Below are positions 23,060 through 35,138 of a stretch of 35,345 nucleotides of DNA, one piece after another. The stretch is from Nemertoderma westbladi (lineage: Eukaryota; Animalia; Xenacoelomorpha). Under the pieces are notes generated by a model. That model was given only the letters and a program-made list of their open reading frames with translations. It did not search any database and was not told the DNA's origin. The translations under genes and the position numbers were made by a program. Location of the stretch: contig JAUCBJ010006664.1 of NCBI GenBank assembly GCA_032718475.1, positions 1 to 35,345 on the forward strand, read 5' to 3'. How positions within the stretch are numbered: position 1 is the stretch's first letter; the number at the start of each line of letters is the position of its first letter.

Positions 23060-24239
23060 TGGGGGTTCTAACAGTCGCGCGCACACCCCACGTATTCCGT
23101 CGCACACACACGATAAATTTCAAATATGCAATCATTTCTAAGATTTTGTGTGTGCGCAACATGGCCGGCCCTTCTGGGTTTCCGTAACTTCTACAATAGG
23201 GTTGGTGCGCGAAAAAACTGTTGGGCTAGAAACAATTGAATAAGGGATAACAAGGTGCCCAGAATCGAGTGGCGGGGAGTGTTTTGTGTTTTTTATATGG
23301 TGGGACGAGTCCCGATTATACATTTTGCACATTTTTTGTGCCTTTTTTTAATGTTTTTTTTTTTAATATGTTTGCAGGGTTAAGACCCCAAGTTTCATAA
23401 TAGATGGCACAGTACCGATATAAGTTTTTGCTATTAAATATACAATTTACAGTGTTTTTTTAAGCTGAACTATCAAAACAGTCGAGTTTAAGATAATTAA
23501 ATTATTTCATATGACATCATAATATTTCCGTTTTGTTTTATTTCAGCCAAGTATCTTTATGGTTTCTAAATTTACAATTGAAGAAATTCACTTTAAATCT
23601 TTGTTATCAAGTGAGACATAAAATATATATCATTCTACCTTTTTGGAGTTGCAGCATCGATTTATTAAAATGTAAGTTGCAAAGGCCTCTACTCAATTAC
23701 TATTTTTTATTTTCTGCCAGGATGAATGCGAAACAAATTATATATCGGCCTATTATATTTCTTTATTTACAGAATAACCTCGCCTCAAATAGAATTAGAT
23801 AGAACCATATCGAATGGAATAAATAAACTGGTCAGTTATTTAAACGTTCGAAAAGTTACTGGGGGCTGTTTCAGCTGTCAGATCAGAGGAACTGAATCTG
23901 AACAGATGAAAAACTAATAACGCCACAATGAGGATTGAAACCATGCAGAAAGTTATTAGTTCAGATGTTGTTACAACAAACTCTCCTTCCTAAGTATTCC
24001 ATAGAAGATCAAATAATATAAATGTATCTCTATGTTATTTTAAATGAACACAAATTATTATTGTCATCAATGTAAAACGATTAATCATAAATATAAAAGA
24101 AGTAGATCGTACCAACAACGTCATAATGTAACCAACTGCAATAGCATAAACTCCATCTCCACAAATAAGTCTCTATCTACCGCCAATCAATATCTTCGGT
24201 TTCTTCCGCATTGCCTCATCAAATTCGAGATATACCTGG

Positions 24240-24812
24240 TATCCCTGCGCCGTCGTCCAGCCCGAGCCCGCTACGCCATTTCGTCCGCGACCCTCTAAGG
24301 CAATGGGAAGCCCCGCGTATGATAGCCAGCTGGACCCGGGTACGGACCCACCCCATCACCATGCTGTAGGGTCTCCCCCACGTCCGGTGGAGCTTCTGGG
24401 CAATGGTCCTGAGGAGCTTGTCCGCTTGGGGGGCCAACACTCCGTCGCAGGAGGCAACGTATGGCGAGAAGTCGCCACGCCGCGCCCAGACTGCGTCGGA
24501 GTAGAGCCGCTTCTTCTCGTCTTCGGCTGACTCGAGGACTGACATCGGGGAGCGCCCCGCATAAGACCCGGCGTCAAGGTTAACCAACCTGATGTCGATC
24601 AACGCCTGGGTCTGCGGGTTAAACGCCCCCCGAATGCCCACGTCACACCGAAGACCAGATGCTCCGTCGACCCCCTGCTGCTCCCGAACGATCGGCTCGC
24701 AAGTAACATTGCGGGGCCCGAACGCTGCCGCCGCCAGGTCGCCCACAACGTCCCGTAGCTCATTGTGGCGCTGGATGACGAGACCTCCTTTCTTGCAATT
24801 TAACCCGTGGTT
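24240..24812 (-). mobile_element. Fragment of a CRE-clade non-LTR retrotransposon: C-terminal restriction-like endonuclease domain
   Basis: H.LNCKKGG...RHNELRD...EP...RCDV..RG...IDIR...EDEKKRLY...F.P...YS...VRTR...CLRGSR. GC-rich island in AT-rich flanks; the ORF-track N-terminus is flank. Confidence 0.8.
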
Positions 24813-26203
24813 AAATATAATTGAATAATAATCAAATAATATAATTGAATATAACCAGCTCAATTCCGGAATTTTACATTTAGTTACCGAAAGTATTTAA
24901 TTATGATGTAATATTTTCATGTCTTAATGTTGAACTCGAAATCATAAATATTTATATATTTAATGTAAAGTTGATATGTCTATAATTGCATAATTTATAT
25001 TATATGAATTTGAATTACTGTTTAAGATGAATAATAACTAAGATTTAAATAGTATTTTCCATAGGAAAAGCTCGCAATGTTCATTTAATTTGGAACTTAA
25101 ATAATTTATATTATAGAACAATGATATTAATTTACCTCGATATATTTAAATATTAAGTCATTTTTACTTGAATAGCAATTCCATATCTGTATTGTATATC
25201 TGTCACTGTGTACCTGTGTATCTGATACGTCCCTTGGGTAGACACAAATATGGTCTATCCACTATCCAGTGTTAATTAATCATCTGAAGGATTAATAACT
25301 CAATTGGTTATATTACAGTATTTAACCAATCGGGTTTTTGACCAATAATATATTGATTACAGTACCAATTGAGTGTAGGCCTATTGGAGTTTGTTGCCTT
25401 TCAGAACTGTTATAATGTTGTATGTAAATCTAATCTATTATAATTATCTCGGTCCCATTGTGGCTGGTTGTGGTTTCCCTAAAGTTACCCGACAACCCTA
25501 TGTCATTGTACGTCCGTCCGTGTTACTTAACTATCAACTCTGTTTGGACAATCGCACTCCATACTGCACTCAAAAACACCAGTTCAGCTATTATCCTTAT
25601 ATTGGATATATTTAGCATTAATTACAGCGATCAGTGGATTGGTTACAGACTACTAAGGTCAGTAAACCCATCACGGGGTCTGTATTGGATACACATGTTT
25701 ACAGTAGTTCTCTATATAATTACATTCATATGAATGTACACAGATATGGAAAGCGTACAGGAATCTATCTCTATTCATCTGATGTAATTATTGCGGCAAC
25801 ATTATTGTGATCTAAACCTATTCAGCCTACTTGTGGATATTTATCAATATTCTGTTCAATTGTTGTGATCTCATGGATAGTATATTAATATTACTGCATA
25901 ATAAAATTGGTAATTGAATATTTTATGCTTTCTATTATATTTTCATAACTTTCTATATGCTTATGTAATTTATAATAAAGATTAAAAAGTTTATATTGAT
26001 TAATATTTATAGCCCTAATTGTATTTATAGGCCTACAATCCTCATATAAATATTGTTATAATGTTTCTGGTGAAAATATTATGTAATAATAATATTATAT
26101 TAATGGATATCATTATAATGGATATTCCCTTCGCCCATACTTTCTCCTCCTATATTATTTTATGTAACCATGCCATATAACTCCCATTATTCTCCCATTT
26201 TAA

Positions 26204-26948
26204 GGGGGGGGGGGGGGGGGGGGGGGGTACACCATTTTCGGTCAACTCTTCGATTTATCACTCTCAGCGTTTCAAAATTGTTTGGTTTTGGCTAAAATTT
26301 GGCATATAGGTGCCTAAGATGCTATTCTACATGACAGGTCAGAAAAAAAATTTTTTTCGCTATTTAATATTAGTTAATACTAGTTAACAATAAAAAAAAC
26401 TTGGTTGCGCTTAAAACCCTAAGGCTTTTACAGTTTTGAACCTAATCACATGAAATTTTTTTTATATGATAGATCGTAGATGGGGCAACATAATAATCAG
26501 GCGAGATTTTGTTAAAATAATTCTGCACCGCTAGGGGGCGCTGCAAATTTATGCTAATTTTTAGGTTTTTTATAAATAGTATTAAATTTTATTAATAAAA
26601 AATTTCGAAAAGTTGTCTGATACTTTTATGCAGGGTGGCTATCTAGACACCCACAGAAAGTTTCAGACTAATTACTCAAAAATTGTAGAAGTAGTAGGGT
26701 TTTGAAGTTGACAATTTCATGAAAAAAATATTTGGAGATAATCGACCTTTCATTATACATAGTAATAGTAATTTCAATAGGATTCCCTAAATGGAAATTT
26801 ACATAACTTGAAAACTAAAAGAGCCTATTAAATAGCCGTTTTCAGATTTGGAAACACCATTCAATGGTGCATTATAATAGATCATAAAAATAATTTCGAC
26901 ATATTTTGGACCAAAATGGTCTACCCCCCCCCCCCCCCCCCCCCCCCC
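26204..26948. mobile_element. Kolobok-like MITE with TTAA TSD and poly-G/poly-C termini
   Basis: TTAA-G24-TACACCATTTTCGGTC ... GACCAAAATGGTCTA-C25-TTAA. Confidence 0.8.
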
Positions 26949-28424
26949 TTAAATGTATATACCAACCCTTTGCTTCTCAACTACATGTGCATTGGTGACA
27001 GAGTCTATGGGAGAAGAGATAAACTCTGTAGCATTCGGATAGAATAATCAATTAACATCAGAAAATAATTTTAAGTTACGGTTACAAAAAACCCTCTTAT
27101 CGAGATATCCAATTCACCAGAAGTATAAACCGGACTGGAATCGGTAAGGAATTCCAAGTAATTTCGCACAGCAATAGAGCTTGTGCAGCTGCATTATGTC
27201 AGACCTAGGTTGTTTCTTATGAAGACAAACCCAAATAAATTTAATGGCCTTGAATGGGTGGAGATCACACGACCCCAGAATTATATGCAGTTAATTATTG
27301 GCACCATATGCCATAGACAGTATAGGGGTGAATGAAAAACGTTTTTTTATTTAGTTTTAGATTTTCTCTCTTATAGAAAGTGGCATTGTGTTGAGAAAAC
27401 TAAGAAAATATAGGGAAAAACTTTTTAAATTAACAGTTGACCCATCCACAACAAATTTCAAATCTGAAACTTTTACCGCAAACTATAATTTTTGAGTGAA
27501 AGCTGAGAAAAGCAAATATTGGAGCATTCATGGTACTTAACAAAAATATCTGTAGTTGGAATTTAAACTTAATGTTTAAACCCTTCCACAAATGGCTTGA
27601 AAATATCAAAATTCGTTATTTTTTCTGAAAATTTAGCAATGACTGAAATTTCAACCATAGAGTAATGGATGTCTTGAATTATGTTTTTTCTCCCATGGAT
27701 TCAGTGTTATGGTACATAGACGAGTTAAAAGAGCAATAAATTTATGTACTATCATTCATGTGTGAAGACAACTCCACTCTTTAACAAAAAATATTCGCAC
27801 AAGACTTATTAAACACGCGAATGCAGCATATCTTCCCTTTTATTGATGACCAACTTTTAGCACTCATATTAATCTGATCTTATGCTACTACTGTCAATGC
27901 ATTCTTACCAGTAGTAGTGCGGACTTATAGTATTGCCATTACATTATAGAAATACAAATAAAAGTTGGCCTATATTAGGTGCAGAACTAACAACTCAGAT
28001 GCGTATAAAATGTAATAATAACTGCGGACTGTATACTTTTAGAGTCAATCTGTGCGGAAATTTGAATTATCGCGTTGAAACAGAAAATCCACTCAAACTA
28101 GGCTTATTATTCTGGTCATGGAGGATATTACCAATGAAAGAGATTAGCCGCATTTATTATACCAAAACATGTGTATAAAATTCGTGAATACACTGTTGTT
28201 GATTTAATAAGGTGTAAGGCATCCCAGAAAATGTTTATTTGCTTACAAATGCATTAAAAACTCATTTTAATCAAAACATTGGTATGGCATCAATATGGTA
28301 TTGTAATTTAAATAAACACAGGGTCCAGTGTTTCCAAAGAACCACTGTTGGTTATTCTTTGTTTGTTTATAGCATCCAAATATTTCCAATTGTCTCCACA
28401 ACTCCAAAGGATGGAGGGGATCTA

Positions 28425-28539
28425 GGACACTTCCCCCCCCCCCCCCGGACACTTCCCCCCCCCGGACACTTCCCCCCCCGGATACTTCCCCCCCGGACAC
28501 TCGCCCCCCGGACACTTGCCCCCCGGACACTTCCCCCCC
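28425..28539. repeat. Seven tandem GGACACTT-C(n) units, probably the subterminal repeat of a DNA-transposon remnant
   Basis: Units at about 28425, 28447, 28463, 28480, 28495, 28510 and 28525. No matching opposite end found. Confidence 0.75.
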
Positions 28540-29773
28540 AGTTAAAGTGTTAAAATTAATCTGGGTGCATCAAAGCAATAAACAAAAGTTAAAGATGGTT
28601 ACAGGACAAGTTGTATCTAGATAAGTTTTTTCAAAATTATAAAATAAACATTTTTATAGTCAAATTTTGTTTGTTTTTCTTTAAATTCCTTTAATTCTTT
28701 TAATTTCTTTTAATTGGGGGTTGCCGCCCCCAAACCCCCGCTTCTTTTTTTTATCGCCCCCAGAACCCGGCATTTCCCTGAGTGCCCAGGGTGAAAGACT
28801 TAAGACCACTTTGAAATAATTAATTCATGTTTGAATCATCAGATAATAAATTGACTTAGCCTAAAGTAGGAGCTGTATTGAATGTTAACCAATTTAATAT
28901 ATAAATTACTACAATATTATATAATTCAACAAAATCCTATTAAAAATATTGCAAGTAATCAGGAAATTTAATATGTAGTGTGTATAATATCTATATAGTA
29001 TGTATAGTAGTAATATGTATATCAATATGTAATGCTGAACACAGAATACTAGTCGACGCATGTCGATTTTACCCTGGAGAGGTATAATTTTGATTGCAAC
29101 AATAATATTCATCCCCATCTGCTACAATTTGAAGAAGAATATTACGTAATAATACCTGTAATTAAAACAATTAATTATTATAATTCTATAGTTAATAAAA
29201 ACACGTTGTGGGGTCTTCGAGCAGCACGTGTTCAAATGTTCAATGACTGAACAGCGACTAATTAACAAATTTATGAGAGATTCATTGACCAGCTACCGAC
29301 AGACCAATATTGTGACATATATTTTAGTTTAATGTTTGATTCAATTAGAGGCACAAATTAAAAAGGCTACAAATATATAGGGGTGAATAATTAAATTAGT
29401 CCCCCATTAGGCCTAAAAGGTAGCCAAGTATAAGTTGCAATCTATATAAATTTTTAAATTTAGTAGTGTGCGTGTGTTGTGTATTGATTCCGTAGATTTC
29501 ATGTTGAAATAGCGTTCATTAATTTAATTTCTATTTAATTATTCAGGCATACTAATACACACATTAAATTAGTTCGTGTGTGTTAGGTGTGTAAGATTTG
29601 ATTGTTTCGTCACGAACCCATTCGGGCACAGAAACTGACGAATTCTTCGCGAATTTCGCAAACGTCGCAAACTTCGGGAATTTGTTCTACAATTTTGACT
29701 CCTTAAGCAAAAGGGTCCCGAATGAGTTTTTTAACCTTTATTTTTTTGTGATTTTGAGTGCTTTTTTATATTA

Positions 29774-32476
29774 GTGAATGTTCTTTGTGTTGCTTACAAT
29801 CCCCACTCTGCTTTTTCACCACACTTCTTCCCAGACCTGGAGAACTTTCTGGGGGACACATCATCATTCAATGAAGTTTATGTTTTGGGAGATACGAATG
29901 CTGACACCACCATGCTCAATAGCGAAACAAAGAAGACACCATCAATGAAACCACGAACAAAGTTGCACTACTCGGACCCTGCATATCACTTACTATCCTT
30001 CTGCCGTTCAATGTCGCTAAAACAACTGATCAATGAGCCTACGAGAGTTACTGAAACAACATCAACAACTATCGATCATGTGTTCATATCGACAGATAAT
30101 ATCATCAGCAATTCTGGCGTGATACACTGCGGTCTTAGTGATCATCACATGGTATATGTAACGAGGAAGAAGGTCAAGGCAGCCAAAGACGGCCATACAT
30201 ACAGGAAATGCCGCTCATACAAGTCATATACCAAAGAGGCTGTGTTAGAGAGGTTGCAAGCTGACACACAGCTGCACAAAATCACCTCAATATCGGATGT
30301 AAATAGAGCAGCCACACTCTTAACCAATGTGCTGCAAGATAACCTAAACACACTAGCCCCAATGCATACTAAACGTGTACGGACCAATGCAGAACCATGG
30401 GTTACACCCAGTATTCTACAACTGATATCTGCAAAACACAAGTCAATGCAGGCTTATGAAAGAAACAAAAACCAGGTAACACTTACACACTATAAGGAAA
30501 TCCGCAATGCAACAACTGCTGCTATATCTTGCGCAAAGAAAAACTACATTAAGGAAAAAATACAGACATACAAAAAAAATTCAAAAAAACTATGGAAGGA
30601 ATTGAAAAGCCTTGGCACTCCCAGCAACCAAACATTGCATACAATAACAAGTATCAAAACAGGTGAAAGTATAGTCAGTGATCCACTGAGAATAGCAGAG
30701 GATTTCAACGTATATTTCTCTACAATCGCATCAGAACTGGTAAAACGTCTGCCTCAAGGTACAGGAGAATTTAATCTGGCAGCAACAGACAGATATTATC
30801 GGTCGCAGGGTGTCCCCCTGGACACTTTTGAGATCCGAAAAGTAAACATCACGGATGTAGCAGAGATCTTGGATGGGCTGGCAGAACATAAAAGTCCCGG
30901 CATCGATGGCCTAACCCCAATGTATCTACGTGACTCCAGCATTGCTATAGTGGAAGCTCTAACACACGTTATCAATCTGTCGATATCAACAGCCATATTC
31001 CCATCGATATATAAAACTGCAAAGGTGACACCAATCTACAAAAAAGAATGTAGACTTACCAAGGGTAACTTCCGCCCAGTCTCACTCTTATCAATCCTGT
31101 CAAAGGTTCTAGAACGTATAGTATTTATACAGTTTGTTGCATACCTTGTCGAGTACAAGATTCTAGACCCCCTTCAATCTGGCTTCCGAAAGGGCTTCTC
31201 TGTAGAGACATGTCTACTGTTCCTGAATGACGTCATCAAAACATCTGCAGACAATGGCATGGTGACTGGGGTTATACTAATAGACCTTCGCAAAGCATTT
31301 GACACCGTCAGCCATGAAATCCTTCTAAAAAAGCTATCACTAATAGGCTTTAAATCATCAGCAGTAGCATGGTTCCACTCGTATTTGGAGAATAGAAAAC
31401 AGGTTGTCTGTGTTGGGGGGGTATGTTCGAGTGAAGCGATAGTAGATACAGGAGTACCACAAGGAGGTCTATTGGCAGTTTTGCTCTTCTTAATATATGG
31501 AAACGACATAAATATGGCCATCAACCCGGCTACATGCTTCTCGGGATCAAATCTACAGTCATTGAGACCCAAAGATGAACTCCATAGCGTAAACCTAGAA
31601 CCCCAAACAGAGTCGGATGTAACTTCTACAGAACCACATACTTTGTCCCTGAAGCTAGCCGATGATGCCAACCTCATTGCCTCCCACCAACACCCATCAG
31701 CTGTTGCAAATACGCTAGAAATTATGCTAGACAAAGTATACTCATGGGCTACTGAAAACAAATTAAGTTTGAACTTCGAAAAAACTAAAAGCATTCTTTT
31801 TGGAACTCACCAGCGACTAAACAACGCTCACCCGCTCAATATTACATGCGCTGGGATCCCTATTGAAGAAAAAAAAACTGTGAAATATTTAGGGTGTTTC
31901 TTGGATGCCAACATGTCAGGCGATTCAATGGCAGCAAAAGTTATAAAGAAATGCAACTCAACTCTACGATGCCTTTACCGACAGGGGTCTATACTCGATT
32001 ATTACACCAAAAGGTTGCTTTGTAATGCTCTAATTCAACCTCACTTGGACTTTGTATCATCCTGCTGGTACTATAGCACAAGCAAAGGTCTACAGAACCA
32101 ACTACAGACACTCCAACGGAAGTGCATACGATTCTGCCTGGGACTGCACCACCGGACACACATAACGCAAGACCACTATATAAAAATGTCATGGCTAGCT
32201 ATTGACACTCGTGTTGAACAAAGCATATTATGTCACATGTATCGTATTAGTCGCGGCCTATCCCCACCATATCTCGAGAACTTAGTTATTTTCGACCCAA
32301 CTGGAATTAACCTTCGTAGGAGCGAGAACCGAGCCGTAATCCCCTCACGCAGAACTGCTGTTGGGTGTGAAACGCTGTCATTCTTAGGCCCGAGTCTATG
32401 GAACTCCCTGCCCAATAAACTAAAAAGTAAAATATCCCTGAGTCATTTAAACATGGGATCAAAAACCACTATTTGA
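29774..32476 (+). CDS. CR1/L2-group LINE ORF2 (C-terminal half of APE endonuclease plus RT), 5'-truncated
   Basis: VLGDTNAD, QLINEPTRVT..TSTTIDH, GLSDHHMV (APE). KSPGIDG, NFRPVSLL, QSGFRKG, IDLRKAFDTV, GVPQG, LADD, KYLG (RT). 900 open codons, no true start codon. Confidence 0.93.
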   Translation: MNVLCVAYNPHSAFSPHFFPDLENFLGDTSSFNEVYVLGDTNADTTMLNSETKKTPSMKPRTKLHYSDPAYHLLSFCRSMSLKQLINEPTRVTETTSTTIDHVFISTDNIISNSGVIHCGLSDHHMVYVTRKKVKAAKDGHTYRKCRSYKSYTKEAVLERLQADTQLHKITSISDVNRAATLLTNVLQDNLNTLAPMHTKRVRTNAEPWVTPSILQLISAKHKSMQAYERNKNQVTLTHYKEIRNATTAAISCAKKNYIKEKIQTYKKNSKKLWKELKSLGTPSNQTLHTITSIKTGESIVSDPLRIAEDFNVYFSTIASELVKRLPQGTGEFNLAATDRYYRSQGVPLDTFEIRKVNITDVAEILDGLAEHKSPGIDGLTPMYLRDSSIAIVEALTHVINLSISTAIFPSIYKTAKVTPIYKKECRLTKGNFRPVSLLSILSKVLERIVFIQFVAYLVEYKILDPLQSGFRKGFSVETCLLFLNDVIKTSADNGMVTGVILIDLRKAFDTVSHEILLKKLSLIGFKSSAVAWFHSYLENRKQVVCVGGVCSSEAIVDTGVPQGGLLAVLLFLIYGNDINMAINPATCFSGSNLQSLRPKDELHSVNLEPQTESDVTSTEPHTLSLKLADDANLIASHQHPSAVANTLEIMLDKVYSWATENKLSLNFEKTKSILFGTHQRLNNAHPLNITCAGIPIEEKKTVKYLGCFLDANMSGDSMAAKVIKKCNSTLRCLYRQGSILDYYTKRLLCNALIQPHLDFVSSCWYYSTSKGLQNQLQTLQRKCIRFCLGLHHRTHITQDHYIKMSWLAIDTRVEQSILCHMYRISRGLSPPYLENLVIFDPTGINLRRSENRAVIPSRRTAVGCETLSFLGPSLWNSLPNKLKSKISLSHLNMGSKTTI

Positions 32477-33020
32477 ATATGCGCTAACAACAGCATGATA
32501 TGATACGTACATACTATGATATCCTAACTCCTAATTATTAGTGATATGATGCTAATTTATAACAGCTGTCTTAACAAACGGCCTGTGATATGGTGCTGGT
32601 CAATAATTCTAGAACCCTATAAGCCCTAACCCCCTTTAAATATGTATTTTTTAATATACTATGTATTTGTATTACTTTCTTTTTTAATCTTAGTTATGTG
32701 CATGTTGTTTTATACTTCAGTGTATTTACGAACTCTTATAATTGCGTTATTAACAAATGCCCTTACTTGCGGGTACCGATAAGCTGGCTCTATGCTATTA
32801 TAAATATTATAGTGATATGATAACTGATTAATGATAATATAAATAACTCTTAAAACTCAGTATCTTATAGTATACTATGTATTTTAACTTTTGGTATATT
32901 TATAGTGTATTTTATAAGTATTTTAACTAAGTATTTTATATTTCGGGTGTATTTAACAGGCTCTTTTAATAACTTCTTCAACGAATGGCCTTAATGAACA
33001 GCCGTCTTGGATTAATAATG
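29774..33020 (+). mobile_element. CR1/L2-group (Crack/Daphne-like) LINE including probable AT-rich 3' UTR
   Basis: ORF2 as above; the 3' boundary is uncertain and the clade assignment is tentative. Confidence 0.65.
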
Positions 33021-33027
33021 TAGTAAC

Positions 33028-33250
33028 TGTGGGGCGAGCCACGAAGTGAGTGAGCCTTAGCGTAGTGGTACCATTAATCAACCTGTCGTTCTGTCGTTCT
33101 GTCGTTCTGTCGTTCTGTCGTGTTCAATTTTAAACGTTAATAACTCGGCCAATCTTTGATGAAATCTATCCAAACTTGGTACACATGTTGTATGGCAAAA
33201 GTTTAGAAATTTTCCAAGTAGAATTTCCGTGTGGCCTTCGAGAAGCTAGG
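33028..33250 (+). mobile_element. Left end of a non-autonomous element related to 11663-12203
   Basis: Shares CTGTGGGGCGAGCCACGAAGT...GAGCCTTAGCG, followed by (CTGTCGTT)4-5 at 33084-33120. Right end not found. Confidence 0.65.
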
Positions 33251-34957
33251 ATAATAGCAGTTAATTAGTTAATTAAGTTATTACGGTAAAAACACCATTT
33301 TCAACCTGCCTTTTAAAGGAAATTAATTGTTTTACAGTATAAGACTTCAATAATTATACTTAAAAAATATACAGATGTAATCCGCATACTCCATTCTATT
33401 ATAGTTTTTAATTAGTTCAAGTGATTTGCTTTAATAATCGTGTCTTTAATTGATCTAAAGTAATTAAACCGGCATAAAAAATGTATTCTCATTAAATACT
33501 GCTCATTTATTGGTTAACATCCAAGTTGGCTTGATTCCCAGCAACACTTGAGGTATTCAGTCAGCCTTGCTTGTAAGAGGCAGACTGCTGCTGCTGCTAG
33601 TAGCCATCCATTCACTCACTCTCCATTGAACTGGCTGATTGGAGGTGTGTGTGTATCGGGTTCAATGACATTAATATTATTACTAAAGTAACGTCGGGAT
33701 GTTAATATTCACTGGAGCTATGAGTCTCTCTGGTTAGTTGAATGAATGAAATAAATAATTGTTTTACTGTTCCGAATATCAATGTTTATTTCTGTAGGCC
33801 AACTTACTGTATTATTATTTAATCTAAATGTACATAATAGTTTAAATAAATTATTTCACAATTTCATTCCAATTCATACTGCTTACGCAACCATGCTAAT
33901 TAGGTATATTAAATGGCAGGATTGTTTTTAATTAAAATTTTTACAGAGCAAACAAGTATATTGTATTTAACTGAAAGTTAATTTATTTCGGTAAGTAGGC
34001 CTTGCGGTTTGTTAGTTTAGTTAGTATAATAAGTATCAAATATATTACGTGCTGCTGTACAGTAAACGCGGCTTTGCGTTATTGAATTACAGAATTGGCG
34101 GTACAAAGTACATTAATAGGGATCAGGCATATTGCATTTATATAATTGTTGTTGTAAATGTACAATAATATGCGCCACTTTTATTTTAGTAACTGCAATG
34201 TGTATTTCATTTGTACCTGCAACCCATTAAAAAGGGCAGCTGAACATATCGCGGACAGGCTGACTATTCACCATAACAAAAAAACCCAAATCGCCGCAGT
34301 TCCACTTACAGTTCCATATTATTCTGTTTTGCAATTCAACCCAATTTATCTGCTCTCTGCTACACGCGGTTTTATCCACGAGTTTTGTAAAGTCCCGACT
34401 TATCGGGAATGACATGAACTTAGCGTCCGGAATATTCTGATCAGATTAAATCTACTTGGCGCTGTAATACTGCATCCCGTTGTACCAGAAGTTATTAAAA
34501 CATACCGGCCCCTCAAATGCGCTTGCAGTGGGTTAGAGAACAACATATACCGCCCCAGTACAACCGCTATTTTGATAAGGTCCAATATATAATATATATA
34601 TATGGTCTAACATATGATAGTTCACTAATCAGCTAATAGGCCTATTAATTCGTGAGATTTCAATTTATAAATAAAACTAATATACGAGCTCATATGAGCT
34701 CAATTGATTGATTGATTGAAGGTATGACCGTTGTTGTGGGGGACTAGGTCTACCTGTCTAGCAGCTAATAACTCGTCCGTGGAGAGAATAATATAAGTCG
34801 AGGAACATAACGAAACGCGTTTAATTTATTTATTTATTCCAATTGGGGATGCTTTCTAACGCGGGAATGCGGTGCTATTAAACATCAACACATTCCTGCG
34901 CGTGCGTCGATATTGTGCACCCTAATACTAACAACCCACCCAGACACCCCCTACCCC

Positions 34958-34958
<1 letters not shown>

Positions 34959-34993
<35 letters not shown>
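34959..34993 (+). repeat. Poly-C tract
   Basis: Homopolymer run of about 35 C. Confidence 0.9.
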
Positions 34994-35137
34994 ATCACCC
35001 AACATTACTATGTATAGATCAATGCAGCTCAATATATTAGTAAAGGTATCGTCTGATTAGCTTTCCTACACATGACCTCTTATCCTTGTAGTTGTTTATT
35101 TATTTACACTATTTTTTGTTGAGTAAATCTTTCTGAT

Positions 35138-35138
35138 A

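Larger units (their letters stand above)
5075..23186. mobile_element. Outer TIR-bounded element (MITE-like, about 400 bp of its own sequence) containing a ~17.7-kb nested train
   Basis: Left end TACGGAAGCCCAGAAGGGCCATGTTGCGTACACACAAAATCTTTGAAATGATTGCATATTT (5075-5135) matches the reverse complement of 23121-23186, with 3 substitutions and a 4-bp indel. Confidence 0.75.

Noticed and set aside
5075-23186. Polinton/Maverick (18 kb, TIRs, possible 6-bp TSD)
   Set aside because: No polB, integrase, ATPase or capsid ORFs; the termini are not AG...CT and the TIRs are short.
23850-27300. Decayed host gene or endogenous viral fragments in protein-like minus-strand stretches
   Set aside because: All frames are broken by stops and no motif was recognised; only a BLASTx search could rescue this.
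29619-29724. Tiny inverted-repeat element (CATTCGGG...CCCGAATG)
   Set aside because: An 8-bp IR with no TSD or second copy could be chance.
29740-29775. Splice acceptor exonising the LINE ORF2
   Set aside because: A T-rich tract plus AG is common in this AT-rich DNA, and no upstream exon is identifiable.
30145-32415. Minus-strand ORFs up to 206 aa
   Set aside because: Antisense shadows of LINE ORF2.
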